Under the pieces are notes generated by a model, which saw only the letters and a list, made by a program, of their open reading frames with translations, ran no database searches and was not told where the DNA came from. 64,000 nucleotides of DNA, from positions 275 to 64,274 of the forward strand of contig DYFS01000001.1 in assembly GCA_020725055.1 (NCBI GenBank), given 5' to 3'. Position numbers and translations under genes: made by a program. Source of the DNA: Candidatus Hadarchaeum sp. (GTDB taxonomy: Archaea; Hadarchaeota; Hadarchaeia; Hadarchaeales; Hadarchaeaceae). Below, piece after piece: positions 41,284 to 50,419 of this stretch; the first letter of the stretch is position 1, and each line of letters begins with the position of its first letter.

Positions 41284-41327
41284 CTCACCTAACTATTGTC
41301 AAGAGGAGCTATATTTTTTTCTTTGCT

Positions 41328-42380
41328 TTGATGAAAAAGGGTGCATACTCAAAATTAAAAGGGGCCCGCACCAGATGTTTGAAAGGTGAAACCTTGGCTG
41401 TAAAGATTCTCGCGCACGGTGATGCGGATGGGATTTGCGCGGCCGCGATAGCCAAGGCGCGATTTCCAGAAGCCGAAATCTGGTTCACCCGCCCGATAAC
41501 TCTGCTCAACGACCTTCAGGGCGTTCAGCCCGGGAGCGCCGTTGTCATCTTGGACGTTGCGATCAGCGAGAGCCATAAGACGCAGATCTTCCAGCGCATG
41601 AAGGAGCTGGCGAAAGGGGATGAGGTTATCTACATTGATCATCACCCCCTGCCCCCTGGCACTTTGAGGAACGATGTCCCGGCGACGCACCTATCACACA
41701 TGATAGGGGCCAGCGCCTCGGAGCTGACCTTCAAGCTTTTTCAGCCGGGCATCAACCCCGACTTAGACCGTGTGGCTCTTTGGGGGGCGATCGCCGACTA
41801 CGCCGAGGAAACCGAATTAGTCCGGGATGGTATGAGCAAGTACGACCGCCGCACGATCTACATGGAAGCGGGCCTGCTGAGCCAGGCACTCGGCGATGCC
41901 GCTGGCGACTACCACTACAAGCGGGACGTCGTGTTGAAACTGGCGCAGGGCATGCCGCCATCTGAGATACATGAAATCGTCGAGCGCGCGGTTAAAGCGA
42001 CGAAGCGCGAATGGGAGACTTGGCGCTACGTGAAGGAGCACGTCACCAAAGAGGGCAACCTCGCGATCGTTTACGACTTGCCCTCTGGTAGCCTTGGGAA
42101 GGCGGCCATGTACGCCCTCGGTGTCACTGGCGCAGACGTCGGCGTGTGTACGCGCGTGGCTGAAAAAGAAGTTGACATGAGCGCGAGGCGACGTGCTGGC
42201 GTGAACATCGACCTGAACACCCTACTCCGCCACATCACCGCCCGCCTCGGTGGTTCGGGCGGCGGACACGAGGGGGCAGCCGGTGCTTCAATCCCCACCG
42301 AGCTATCTGAAAAATTTATGGATGCACTCAGGAAAGAAATCTCGCCTGTGATAAGCAGGGACGCGCATTTGAAGAGGTAG
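41328..42380 (+). CDS. DHH-family phosphoesterase (NrnA/RecJ-like core)
   Basis: 350 aa. DHH motifs ILAHGDADGICAAAI, VVILDVAISE, IYIDHHP. DHHA1-like C-terminal GGGHEGAAGASI. Confidence 0.7.
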   Translation: MMKKGAYSKLKGARTRCLKGETLAVKILAHGDADGICAAAIAKARFPEAEIWFTRPITLLNDLQGVQPGSAVVILDVAISESHKTQIFQRMKELAKGDEVIYIDHHPLPPGTLRNDVPATHLSHMIGASASELTFKLFQPGINPDLDRVALWGAIADYAEETELVRDGMSKYDRRTIYMEAGLLSQALGDAAGDYHYKRDVVLKLAQGMPPSEIHEIVERAVKATKREWETWRYVKEHVTKEGNLAIVYDLPSGSLGKAAMYALGVTGADVGVCTRVAEKEVDMSARRRAGVNIDLNTLLRHITARLGGSGGGHEGAAGASIPTELSEKFMDALRKEISPVISRDAHLKR

Positions 42381-43385
42381 TCAAAGCAGCTCCACTTCCC
42401 TGCCCTTCCCCATTGCCTTGGCCTTTTTGTACACAACCCAGTCAGTGGCGATGTCTTGAACGGCGAGGCCGGTCGAATCAAAAACCGTTATCTCGTCGCG
42501 CGAGGTGCGGCCCGGCTTCTCCTTCGTAACTATCTCACCGATGTCGGCGTATATGTCGCCGTGGGAGATGGCTCCCTTTGAGAGCGGGACATTTACCTCC
42601 CCGCCGTGTATCGCCTGTTCCACATCGTCGACTACAACTTTCGCGCGCAGCAGGATTTTTGGATCGAGTTCCTGTTTGCCTGGCGCATCGGCACCGATGG
42701 CGTTGATGTGCATGCCTTCGGAAACCCAGTCGTTCATGAGGATTGGTTTTCTGGCCGGAGTAACGGTCACAACCACATCCGCGCCTTCGACAGCTCCCCT
42801 TGCTTTTTTGGCCACCTTTACATCCGCGCCAAGTTTCTCGCTCATCTCCTCGGCGTAATGTTCCGCCTTCTTTGCCAACAGGTCATTGACCCTGACCTCT
42901 TCGATCCTGAGCACCTCGTTCAGGGCGAGCAGCTGGGTCCTAGCCTGAACCCCCGCCCCGAGCATGGCAACAACGCGAGAATCCTTCCGCGCTAGATACT
43001 TCGTCGCAACGGCACCGGCAGCGCCCGTCCTCACGTTGGTTATCCAAGTTCCATCCATGATAGTGAGCGGGGCGCCAGTCTTCGGGTCCAAAAGCAAGAT
43101 GGTTGCCATCACCGTGGGCAGGCCGTGCTCTTTTGGATTCCTGGGGTGAGCGTTGACGATCTTTACCCCCGCCGCACCCATCTCTTCCAGGTAGGCTGGC
43201 ATCACCCTGAAGTCTCCATCATGACCCTTGAAGTAAATGTAAGATTTGGGAGGCATTTGGACCTTGCCGAGCCCCTTTGCGCGGAACGCCTCCTCGACGG
43301 CTTCTATGGCCTCGCGCATCGAGACGAGCCCCTCGACCTCAGTCTTCGAGAGCAGTAGCACCTTCAAATCAACACCATCAATCAC
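42381..43385 (-). CDS. ornithine cyclodeaminase/mu-crystallin family protein (archaeal alanine dehydrogenase type)
   Basis: 334 aa. Rossmann VAMLGAGVQARTQLLAL. OCD_Mu_crystallin family layout. Confidence 0.7.
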   Translation of the reverse strand: MIDGVDLKVLLLSKTEVEGLVSMREAIEAVEEAFRAKGLGKVQMPPKSYIYFKGHDGDFRVMPAYLEEMGAAGVKIVNAHPRNPKEHGLPTVMATILLLDPKTGAPLTIMDGTWITNVRTGAAGAVATKYLARKDSRVVAMLGAGVQARTQLLALNEVLRIEEVRVNDLLAKKAEHYAEEMSEKLGADVKVAKKARGAVEGADVVVTVTPARKPILMNDWVSEGMHINAIGADAPGKQELDPKILLRAKVVVDDVEQAIHGGEVNVPLSKGAISHGDIYADIGEIVTKEKPGRTSRDEITVFDSTGLAVQDIATDWVVYKKAKAMGKGREVELL

Positions 43386-43425
43386 TAGGAAACTGATGCC
43401 TTGAATTTTTCTGTTTTGAAGTTAG

Positions 43426-43621
43426 TGGCGCCGGGGAGAGGAATGCCGACCAACGGACTTGACCCGCTGATTCTCGAACCTCTGACCGCTCGGTCGCTGT
43501 AAGCGAGCATGTCGTTCAGCTTGTTGAGGTTCGCTCTTCATCCATGCCCACGTTTAACAGCCGAGCGCGTTCGGCAGGTTCAGCGTTAGCTGTTACCTAC
43601 TACCTGCTGCGCCACCCCGGC
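43426..43621 (-). tRNA. tRNA-Asn (GUU) with three introns (D-loop about 32 nt, anticodon 37/38 about 60 nt, T-loop about 30 nt)
   Basis: GCCGGGG UG GCGC AGCAGGUA [GTAGGTAACAGCTAACGCTGAACCTGCCGAAC] GCGC U CUCGG CUGUUA [AACGTGGGCATGGATGAAGAGCGAACCTCAACAAGCTGAACGACATGCTCGCTTACAGCG] A CCGAG CGGUC AGAGG UUCGA..[about 30 nt]..AUU CCUCU CCCCGGC G CCA. Exon parts rebuild a canonical tRNA-Asn including G73. Confidence 0.55.
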
Positions 43622-43796
43622 ACCATAGGATAATATCCCAACTGTTTTCATATAAGATATTTCTCCACATGTCTGTATTATTGAATCCTATCTTGTGAAT
43701 CCATTTTTTTTAAATTTTGTACTCTGGCAACTTCCAGCTTCCAGCTCCGCTTTCCAGCCCGTTTATACTGGGTAATAACGTGCAGAAATTACGGAC

Positions 43797-44906
43797 TCAT
43801 TTGAGGCCGATGAACTCCTTGCCCTCGGCCTCCTTGAGCTTCGCTGGCAGGTACTCCTTCACCACATAGGGTAGGCCGTACTTCGCGAAAGCCTGCTGCT
43901 CTGCCTTCTTCCCCAGCTCGAGCATGCGCTTGATCTCGCCCTGCCAGAACTCGGTGTTGTAGCGCGGGTCCTTCTGCAGCTGCTTCAGGCGGGCGATGTC
44001 GAGCTCGCGCAGCTTGTCGGTCGGCAGCTTGTAGTTGATTATGTCGCTCGCGGTGACGCCGATGTACTTCGCGTCTGGCACAGCGAGCTCGTGGTTGATG
44101 TACGCGAGCTTCGCGCTTCCCGAAATTATCACCATGCCTATGTGGAAGCCGAACGGGTCGCCGTCAGCGAAAAGGTAGACTGGCATGCCGAACTCGTCGT
44201 GCACGCGCTTCAGGAAACGCCGGGTCGCGCGGGCAGCCTGTCCCTTGAGCCCCACGACTAGCGCGTCGAACGTCTTCCAAGCGCGCTCTTGGACGAACCT
44301 GTGATACATACCCATTGTCTCGATCGCGATCACGCGTTTGGCCTTGCACTTCAGTAACTCCACATCGTCGATCGTCGGCGGGATGGTGTACCCTCCGCGG
44401 CCGGCCTTCGTCGCGTCTATGACCGCGTTATCCTCCTTAACAACGAGCTCCCCATAGACCGCGGCCCCATCTTCCTCCGGCACAAGACCGAGATCCTCGC
44501 GCTTGACCCCGAACATCGCCTCGAGGTCCTCAAGGACGACGTCGGACTCCCCTTGGTCGCTGAAAGGCCCGGAGTCCCAGCCCTCCGCGGTGTAGTACAT
44601 CTCCCGCAGCGTCGCGAACTTGTTGGTCTCGATGAGCTCCTTGCAGAAATCCGCGACGCATATCGTCTGGGCGATTTTCTTCACTTGCTTGATGTTCGCC
44701 GCAGAGCGAATGCCGTACTTGTTGCCGAGCACGAAGTAGCGGTTCTTCTCGTCGTAGAAGATGTTCGACGTGCTCCGCGAGGGCACCTTCAGCCTAGGCG
44801 GCCGCACCTCCGAGATGTCCTTAATCACCTCGGCGCCGAATGTCATGAGGCTTTTTTCAGCCTTCTTCTGGCGTTTCTTTTCCCCCACCAACTTTGACAC
44901 CTGCAA
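43797..44906 (-). CDS. top6A: DNA topoisomerase VI subunit A (Spo11-like)
   Basis: 369 aa. Winged-helix/5Y-CAP and Toprim regions ([13 protein letters not shown] with DxD-like acidic cluster). Confidence 0.8.
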   Translation of the reverse strand: MQVSKLVGEKKRQKKAEKSLMTFGAEVIKDISEVRPPRLKVPSRSTSNIFYDEKNRYFVLGNKYGIRSAANIKQVKKIAQTICVADFCKELIETNKFATLREMYYTAEGWDSGPFSDQGESDVVLEDLEAMFGVKREDLGLVPEEDGAAVYGELVVKEDNAVIDATKAGRGGYTIPPTIDDVELLKCKAKRVIAIETMGMYHRFVQERAWKTFDALVVGLKGQAARATRRFLKRVHDEFGMPVYLFADGDPFGFHIGMVIISGSAKLAYINHELAVPDAKYIGVTASDIINYKLPTDKLRELDIARLKQLQKDPRYNTEFWQGEIKRMLELGKKAEQQAFAKYGLPYVVKEYLPAKLKEAEGKEFIGLK

Positions 44907-46449
44907 CTTTTTCTATGAGCTTGCCGACGTCGGGCACCTCGGTCCCGGCCAGGTGCGCGGCTTTTCTAGCGATCACCGGCAGGTACTGCTCGAATATCCC
45001 CGCGCGCTGCTGTTTCTCTTTTGTGCGGATCTTCCTGTATAAATAGTGCCTCAGCTCCCGCGCTACATCCATGATCGCGCTTCGTATCTCGGCGAAAACC
45101 TCCGGCTCGTCGGCGATCGACTGTTTGCCCGCCGAGGTGTACGGCACGTATGCGGAAACGACGTTGACGAAGAGCGTCACGGGGGCTGTGGCTATGTCGA
45201 CGCCGTACCTGCGCCAGTCGATGCTCCTCACCGCCGCGGTTATCGCACACCCGCCCTGGTCGAAAATCAGCGGGGCGCGGTTCGCAAACCTTATCAGGTC
45301 CAAACCGCCCGTTTCCGCCCCCTCACCTTCAGCCTCCCCCTCCACGCTCTTTCCAGCCGAGCCGCCGAACGCCACGCCAGCCTCGACGATGAACGGCAAC
45401 CCGCCGCGGTACACTTTCGGCGGGCGGGTCGACGCGCAGACGAACTCCGGCTTGAGGATCTGCCGCATGCCGCTCTCGATGTCCGCTGCCCCAATCTGGC
45501 GGAGCCCCTCGGTTGGGGGGGCCATGAATTTGATTTGCTTGAAGGTCGAGACTATTTTTTCGGCATCTTCCCAGGTGAGCCCCGATGGCCTTTTGTTCAT
45601 GTCGACGCCCGAGAGCTTTCTGATCTCCTCCACCTTGCCCTTGGTCACGCGGGAGAGCTCGGCGACCAAAAATCCGGCGATGGTCCTGCTCTTCGTGTGC
45701 TTCGCGAGCACCAGCAGGTCGTCAGACATGATACCCCACGGGTGGATGGGCATCGACTTGGGCCGCTCGGGAACCTTGTCCGTCGCCCGCTCGAAAACCG
45801 TCAGGGTGCCGTCCGGCTCGACGAAACCGATTTGGGCGTGCGGGTTCGCGATTGCAGTCATGCGCAGGTAATTGAAAGGCCCGTAGCGTGAGCGGATGTA
45901 GGTGACGTCCTTCACCTCGAGCTCAACCCTCGTCCCACGCCAGTCGCCATTCGATTTCTCTTTGTCCAGGATCTTGCCCTCGTTTTTGTCCACATCAATC
46001 ATGACCTCTGCCTGAACTATCTCGCCGTTTCCAACCGACGTGGTGACCCTCGCTGGCTTCCCGCTCGTCATTTGCGCGAACATCACCCCTCCCGAAATCC
46101 CGATGCCCTGCTGCCCCCGCTGCTGCATGTGACGGTGGAGCTTCGTTCCTGCGAGCATCTTGCCGAACACGTCAGGGATGTACTCCTCAGGGATGCCAGA
46201 AGCGTTGTCCTCGATTACTGCCTTGAAGTGCTCTGGACTGTCGTTCGCGCGCTTAATCGCGACGAAGATGTTGGGGAGAACGCCCGACTCCTCCGCAGCG
46301 TCGATGCTGTTCGTTACCCCCTCGTGGATAACCGTGGTCAGTGATCTTATTTTGCCGGTGTACCCTAGCATCGCTGCATTTCTGCGGAAAAATTCGCTGA
46401 CACTGTGCTCCCTAAACTCTTTAAACAGCTCTGATGCAATTGTTTTCAT
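44857..46449 (-). CDS. top6B: DNA topoisomerase VI subunit B (GHKL ATPase)
   Basis: 530 aa. Bergerat-fold motifs ([22 protein letters not shown]). Transducer domain. 50-nt overlap with top6A. Confidence 0.85.
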   Translation of the reverse strand: MKTIASELFKEFREHSVSEFFRRNAAMLGYTGKIRSLTTVIHEGVTNSIDAAEESGVLPNIFVAIKRANDSPEHFKAVIEDNASGIPEEYIPDVFGKMLAGTKLHRHMQQRGQQGIGISGGVMFAQMTSGKPARVTTSVGNGEIVQAEVMIDVDKNEGKILDKEKSNGDWRGTRVELEVKDVTYIRSRYGPFNYLRMTAIANPHAQIGFVEPDGTLTVFERATDKVPERPKSMPIHPWGIMSDDLLVLAKHTKSRTIAGFLVAELSRVTKGKVEEIRKLSGVDMNKRPSGLTWEDAEKIVSTFKQIKFMAPPTEGLRQIGAADIESGMRQILKPEFVCASTRPPKVYRGGLPFIVEAGVAFGGSAGKSVEGEAEGEGAETGGLDLIRFANRAPLIFDQGGCAITAAVRSIDWRRYGVDIATAPVTLFVNVVSAYVPYTSAGKQSIADEPEVFAEIRSAIMDVARELRHYLYRKIRTKEKQQRAGIFEQYLPVIARKAAHLAGTEVPDVGKLIEKVAGVKVGGGKETPEEG

Positions 46450-46613
46450 ATTTTTCAGCCTTTCTAATGTTTGTTTTATGTCTTAAGATTTATTTTTCCT
46501 TTTTTATTTGAAATTTAGTCTAATTCTCCTTTTTTCTATTTTTGTCCCGATTTAATTAATGATTTCTGTATTTAAATAGTTTTGGCCCCCTATTTTGATG
46601 TTTTGCCAACCCC
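46450..46613 (-). promoter_or_regulatory. AT-rich intergenic region, likely promoter of the top6BA operon (TTTAAATA at 46572-46579)
   Basis: 164 nt at roughly 30% GC between genes that are otherwise near 60% GC. Contains TATA-like and T-tract elements. Confidence 0.3.
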
Positions 46614-47186
46614 CTAGCGTTTCCAAATTTCTATTTCCTTTTTCTTCAGCTCCCGCCGCTTGCGCTCCAAAAATCTGTAAACCGCAGAGTGTGGGCTGCC
46701 GCCGAGCAGCATCCCCACCGCCTCCCGCGCCACAGCGAGTTGCTCGGGCGCCCCTACCAGCGCGATGTTTTTGCCGTACACCGACACGTTCGCCCCTGTA
46801 GTCTCCTCGATTATGCGCCTGGCCTTGCCCCCCTTGCCTATCACGCGCCCCTTGAGCCTGGCGATCGCGCGCTCCGAGCGGCCCGCGAAGTCTGTGATGT
46901 CGATTATCTCGAGGTAGTTGCCCTCCTCGAATAGGCGAAAGGCGCGTTCAGCGCTGAAGCCGCGGGCGATCGCGTTCAAAACGTCCCTAGCTTGAAGCAC
47001 CCCCAGTGGATCCTCGCCAGGCTTGATCACCGCTTCACCCGTCTCGCTGTCGAGGGTTATCTTGGTCTTCGTCCTGCGCTCGATTTCCCGCTTGACCTCC
47101 CCAACAGGACCGATTGCAACGCCCACGCGCTCTTTGGGCAGCCTCAGATGCTCCATACCACCGCACCGATCAAGAGCGATCCTCAA
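46614..47186 (-). CDS. KH-domain RNA-binding protein (archaeal Dim2/Pno1-like)
   Basis: 190 aa. Two KH GxxG loops (IGPVGEV.., VIGKGGKARRIIEE). Confidence 0.65.
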   Translation of the reverse strand: MRIALDRCGGMEHLRLPKERVGVAIGPVGEVKREIERRTKTKITLDSETGEAVIKPGEDPLGVLQARDVLNAIARGFSAERAFRLFEEGNYLEIIDITDFAGRSERAIARLKGRVIGKGGKARRIIEETTGANVSVYGKNIALVGAPEQLAVAREAVGMLLGGSPHSAVYRFLERKRRELKKKEIEIWKR

Positions 47187-47751
47187 ACACCCTGCTTATC
47201 GAGGGCTCCAGTTTGCCCGAGTACTTCCCCTTGATGTCATCGTACCCCCGCCGCGCCGCGCGGTCCATGGTGTAGAAGAGCAACTGGCAGATGCGCATCC
47301 CCGGGTAGAGCCTTACCGGTGAGGGGTTCATGTTCAGTATCTCTAAGGTCACAGGGAACGGTGCCTTCACCCCTGAGCCCGGGTTGACATGGCCCGAGGA
47401 GATGTGGATAAACACACCCATCCGCGCCACCGACGAGCGCCCCTCGATCGCCCCTACCAAATCCTTCGGCACCGCGATTTTCTCCAAAGTCACGCCGAGC
47501 ACGAGCTGCCCTGACTTGATGATGAACGGCTTCCCCTTCGTGTCGATGAGCCCGGTGTTTTTTTCAATCGATTTCTTGTCGAACGGATCCACGGATTTTG
47601 TGGCTTTGAAGACCCTGAACTTGCTCCCCAAGCGCAAGTCGATTTGGCTCGGGCCTATGAGCTTTTCATCAAATGGGTTGACCAAGATTCGGCCCTGCCT
47701 TATGTACTCGCGGATTTGCTCGCCCGAAAGAACTGCCATGAACCCATCCAA
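47170..47751 (-). CDS. dcd: dCTP deaminase (dUTPase superfamily)
   Basis: 193 aa. GRSSVARMG, ISSGHVNPG, RICQLLF motifs. Confidence 0.7.
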   Translation of the reverse strand: MDGFMAVLSGEQIREYIRQGRILVNPFDEKLIGPSQIDLRLGSKFRVFKATKSVDPFDKKSIEKNTGLIDTKGKPFIIKSGQLVLGVTLEKIAVPKDLVGAIEGRSSVARMGVFIHISSGHVNPGSGVKAPFPVTLEILNMNPSPVRLYPGMRICQLLFYTMDRAARRGYDDIKGKYSGKLEPSISRVFEDRS

Positions 47752-47792
47752 ACCTCAGTTACTTATCCCAACAAAAATGTTGTGGTGGTGGC

Positions 47793-48569
47793 TCATTCAC
47801 CTTTTATATCCGAAAATAGCTCGATTGGTTCTCCCGTCTCCACCCCGAGCTTCTTGAAGTAGCGCGTGAGTTTTGTCAGGTCGCGCATGAGCAGGTCGTT
47901 CGCCATCGGGTTTGCGATATCCGTTGCCATTGAAAAATCTATGAGCACAGGCTCCGGCCCGACCAAGACGTTGTACTCGCTCAAGTCCGCGTGCACGAGC
48001 TTGGCCTTCTTGTAAAGCGCTTTGACCGCGTCCAACAGCTTCTCGAACGCTTGCTTTGGCTTTTTCGGCCGGCAGTCCTTCATCCTAGGGTACGATACCC
48101 CGTCCTCGCCAACGAACTCCATCACCAACACATTATTTTCAAAATCTATCGGCCTGGGGACGCTGACACCGGCCTCGTAAGCGCGCTGTAAGTTCTTGAA
48201 CTCTCGGGAAGTCCAAGTGTATATGATGCGCCTTCGGTCGCGGTGAAATGTCCTGAAGCGGGGATCACCGACCAAATAGCGGTACATGGTTTTGAAATCG
48301 GATGTGGCGAGGCGGTAGATCTTGACCGCCACGTAATTCCCCTGCTTATCAAGAGCGCAGAATATGTTTGCCTCTTTGCCAGTGCTAACCGCGCCGTAAA
48401 GCGTCTCGAATATGCCCCGGTTGACCATGTGATACAGGGTGAGCAGGGTGGGGTGGTCGAAAACGTCTGCCAGTATCTTGTATGCCTCGGAGTCCTTTTC
48501 CAACCGCTCAATTTTTCGCCGCTCGAGCTTACGCAAAAGCGCCTCAAAATCCGCGGCCAAGCGAGCCAC
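47793..48569 (-). CDS. rio1: RIO-type serine/threonine protein kinase (Rio1)
   Basis: 258 aa. ATP-binding STGKEANIF, VAVKIYR. Catalytic loop LVHADLSEYNVLV. DFSMA metal-binding loop. Confidence 0.8.
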   Translation of the reverse strand: MARLAADFEALLRKLERRKIERLEKDSEAYKILADVFDHPTLLTLYHMVNRGIFETLYGAVSTGKEANIFCALDKQGNYVAVKIYRLATSDFKTMYRYLVGDPRFRTFHRDRRRIIYTWTSREFKNLQRAYEAGVSVPRPIDFENNVLVMEFVGEDGVSYPRMKDCRPKKPKQAFEKLLDAVKALYKKAKLVHADLSEYNVLVGPEPVLIDFSMATDIANPMANDLLMRDLTKLTRYFKKLGVETGEPIELFSDIKGE

Positions 48570-48884
48570 CTAAGGCCAAAGCCCCTTTTTCTCCAACCAA
48601 TAAAGCTGAGTTCGAGTGTAGCGGTAAACTATGTCCCCTTTCTCGTTGCTCTGCACTTCCCAGGGGCGGACGATCACTACGTCGTTTTCCCGCACCCATA
48701 GCCGCTTCCGGATTTTTCCGGGGATCCTGCACATTCGAACGTGCCCATCCTTGCACCGCACGCGCAGGTGGTCGAACCCCGACATCTGCTCGACGATGCC
48801 GAAAATCTCCCCCTTCCGAGGCACCTTCAACCGCTCGAGCTCTTCCTCTTCCGGCATCACGCGCCCCCGAGCTTTCGATCCCAA
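48570..48884 (-). CDS. eif1a: translation initiation factor aIF-1A (eIF1A)
   Basis: 104 aa. OB fold HLRVRCKDGHVRMCRIPGKIRKRLWVRENDVVIVRPW. Confidence 0.85.
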   Translation of the reverse strand: MGSKARGRVMPEEEELERLKVPRKGEIFGIVEQMSGFDHLRVRCKDGHVRMCRIPGKIRKRLWVRENDVVIVRPWEVQSNEKGDIVYRYTRTQLYWLEKKGLWP

Positions 48885-50371
48885 AGCAGGCGGTTCACGC
48901 CGTTCAGCATCGCCTGCACACTCGCCATGATGATGTCACCGCTCGTCCCGCGCGCAGTGACAATGCGCTTGCCGTCGGTGAGCTTGACCACGACATCCAC
49001 GAGTGCGTCGGTGCCACCAGAGATTGCGTCGACGTGATACTCCTGCAGCCTTATGTTGGACATGCCCTCGACGACCTTTCGGATTGCGTTCATCGCTGCA
49101 TCGACCGGACCGACGCCAAGGCCGGATTCGGTCACCTTCTTCTCGCCGAACTTCAACCTCACCGAGGCGGTTGGGGTGACCCTGCTCCCGCTGATGACAG
49201 TGAGCTCATCCAGCTTGACTATCTCCTCGAGGGTGCGGCCCATCACCGCGTCGACGATCGCCCGCCACTCGGTGTCGGTGACCTGCTTGCCCCGGTCCCC
49301 TAACCTCTTTATCTGCTCGAATATCTCCTGCACCTGTCCCTTCGTCGGCTCGAGACCGATGCGCTTGAGCTCGCTCTCGATCGCGTGCGTGCCGACGTGC
49401 TTACCGAATATCAGCCTGCGGTGGTGCCCAACCACCTCTGGAGAAATCGGCTCGTAGGTCGGAGGGTACGCTAGAACGCCGTGGGTGTGGATGCCCGCCT
49501 CGTGTGAAAACGCGTTCTCCCCCACGATCGCCTTCGTTAGGGGCACGGGCATCCCGGTGTGGCGCTCGACCAGGCGGGACACCCCATACATTTTTTCTAG
49601 CTTGATGTTGGTTTGGAAACCGTAGAGGTGCATCAGCGCGAGAACGACCTCCTCTAGGGCGGCGTTGCCAGCGCGCTCCCCGAGCCCATTCACGGTGACA
49701 TGGATCTCTTGGGCGCCCGCTTGGACAGCCGCGACGGTATTCGTCGTCGCCATGCCAAAATCATCGTGACAGTGCACCGCTATCTGGGCTTTGATATCTT
49801 TAACTAAATCCATGAAGAGTTCGCGCATCCGCTCGGGCGTTGCCACCCCCACGGTGTCACAGACGCAGAGGCGCTGCGCTCCCTCTTTTAGCCCCGCCAG
49901 GAAGAGCTCTTTCATAAAAGCTGGGTCGGCGCGCGTGGCGTCCTCCGCCGACAGCTCAACCACCAAACCGTGATCGAGTGCGTACCGAACCGCGCCCAAC
50001 GCCATCTCTTTGACCTGCTCGCGCGTCTTCCTGAGCTTATGCTGTATATGGATGTCTGAAACGGGCACGACTAGATGGACGCTATCCACGCCGCACGCTA
50101 GGGCAGCATCGATGTCCACGGGCAGGGCGCGGGTGAAGCTACATATCTCAGCCCTCAACCCGGCATCTGCTATTAACTTCATCGCCCTCCGCTCGCCCTC
50201 CGAGGTTATCGCCGCCCCAGCCTCGATCACATCCACTCCAAACTCGTCAAGCGCCCTGGCTATCTCGAGCTTTTGCTCTGGGGCAAGCGCCACCCCCGGC
50301 GTCTGTTCGCCATCGCGCAAAGTCGTGTCCAAAACCCTTATCCCGCGCTTTGTCATTTTTAGCCTCATCAA
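48857..50371 (-). CDS. 2-isopropylmalate synthase / (R)-citramalate synthase family protein (LeuA/CimA paralog 1)
   Basis: 504 aa. [16 protein letters not shown] and [18 protein letters not shown] motifs. C-terminal LeuA-dimer regulatory domain. Confidence 0.8.
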   Translation of the reverse strand: MMRLKMTKRGIRVLDTTLRDGEQTPGVALAPEQKLEIARALDEFGVDVIEAGAAITSEGERRAMKLIADAGLRAEICSFTRALPVDIDAALACGVDSVHLVVPVSDIHIQHKLRKTREQVKEMALGAVRYALDHGLVVELSAEDATRADPAFMKELFLAGLKEGAQRLCVCDTVGVATPERMRELFMDLVKDIKAQIAVHCHDDFGMATTNTVAAVQAGAQEIHVTVNGLGERAGNAALEEVVLALMHLYGFQTNIKLEKMYGVSRLVERHTGMPVPLTKAIVGENAFSHEAGIHTHGVLAYPPTYEPISPEVVGHHRRLIFGKHVGTHAIESELKRIGLEPTKGQVQEIFEQIKRLGDRGKQVTDTEWRAIVDAVMGRTLEEIVKLDELTVISGSRVTPTASVRLKFGEKKVTESGLGVGPVDAAMNAIRKVVEGMSNIRLQEYHVDAISGGTDALVDVVVKLTDGKRIVTARGTSGDIIMASVQAMLNGVNRLLWDRKLGGA

Positions 50372-50419
50372 GCTCTATGGCAGATTAGCTATTTAACATT
50401 CTGTAACAAACCCTGTTCG

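Noticed and set aside
40956-41288. 110-aa ORF as the missing N-terminal half of the LAGLIDADG endonuclease
   Set aside because: Translation shows no LAGLIDADG/GIY motifs in any frame. Overlaps tRNA-CAU. Likely non-coding spacer.
43426-43621. Alternative readings of this locus: plus-strand tRNA, SRP RNA or RNase P RNA
   Set aside because: Plus-strand reading has a tRNA-like acceptor/CCA end but no D-arm or T-loop. Too short (about 196 nt) for SRP or RNase P RNA and lacks their conserved motifs. Minus-strand reading yields all four tRNA arms with correct identity nucleotides.
46450-46613. AT-rich block as a mobile-element scar or origin of replication
   Set aside because: Only 164 nt, no ORB-like inverted repeats or cdc6/orc1 gene nearby. 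Most simply the top6BA promoter/leader.
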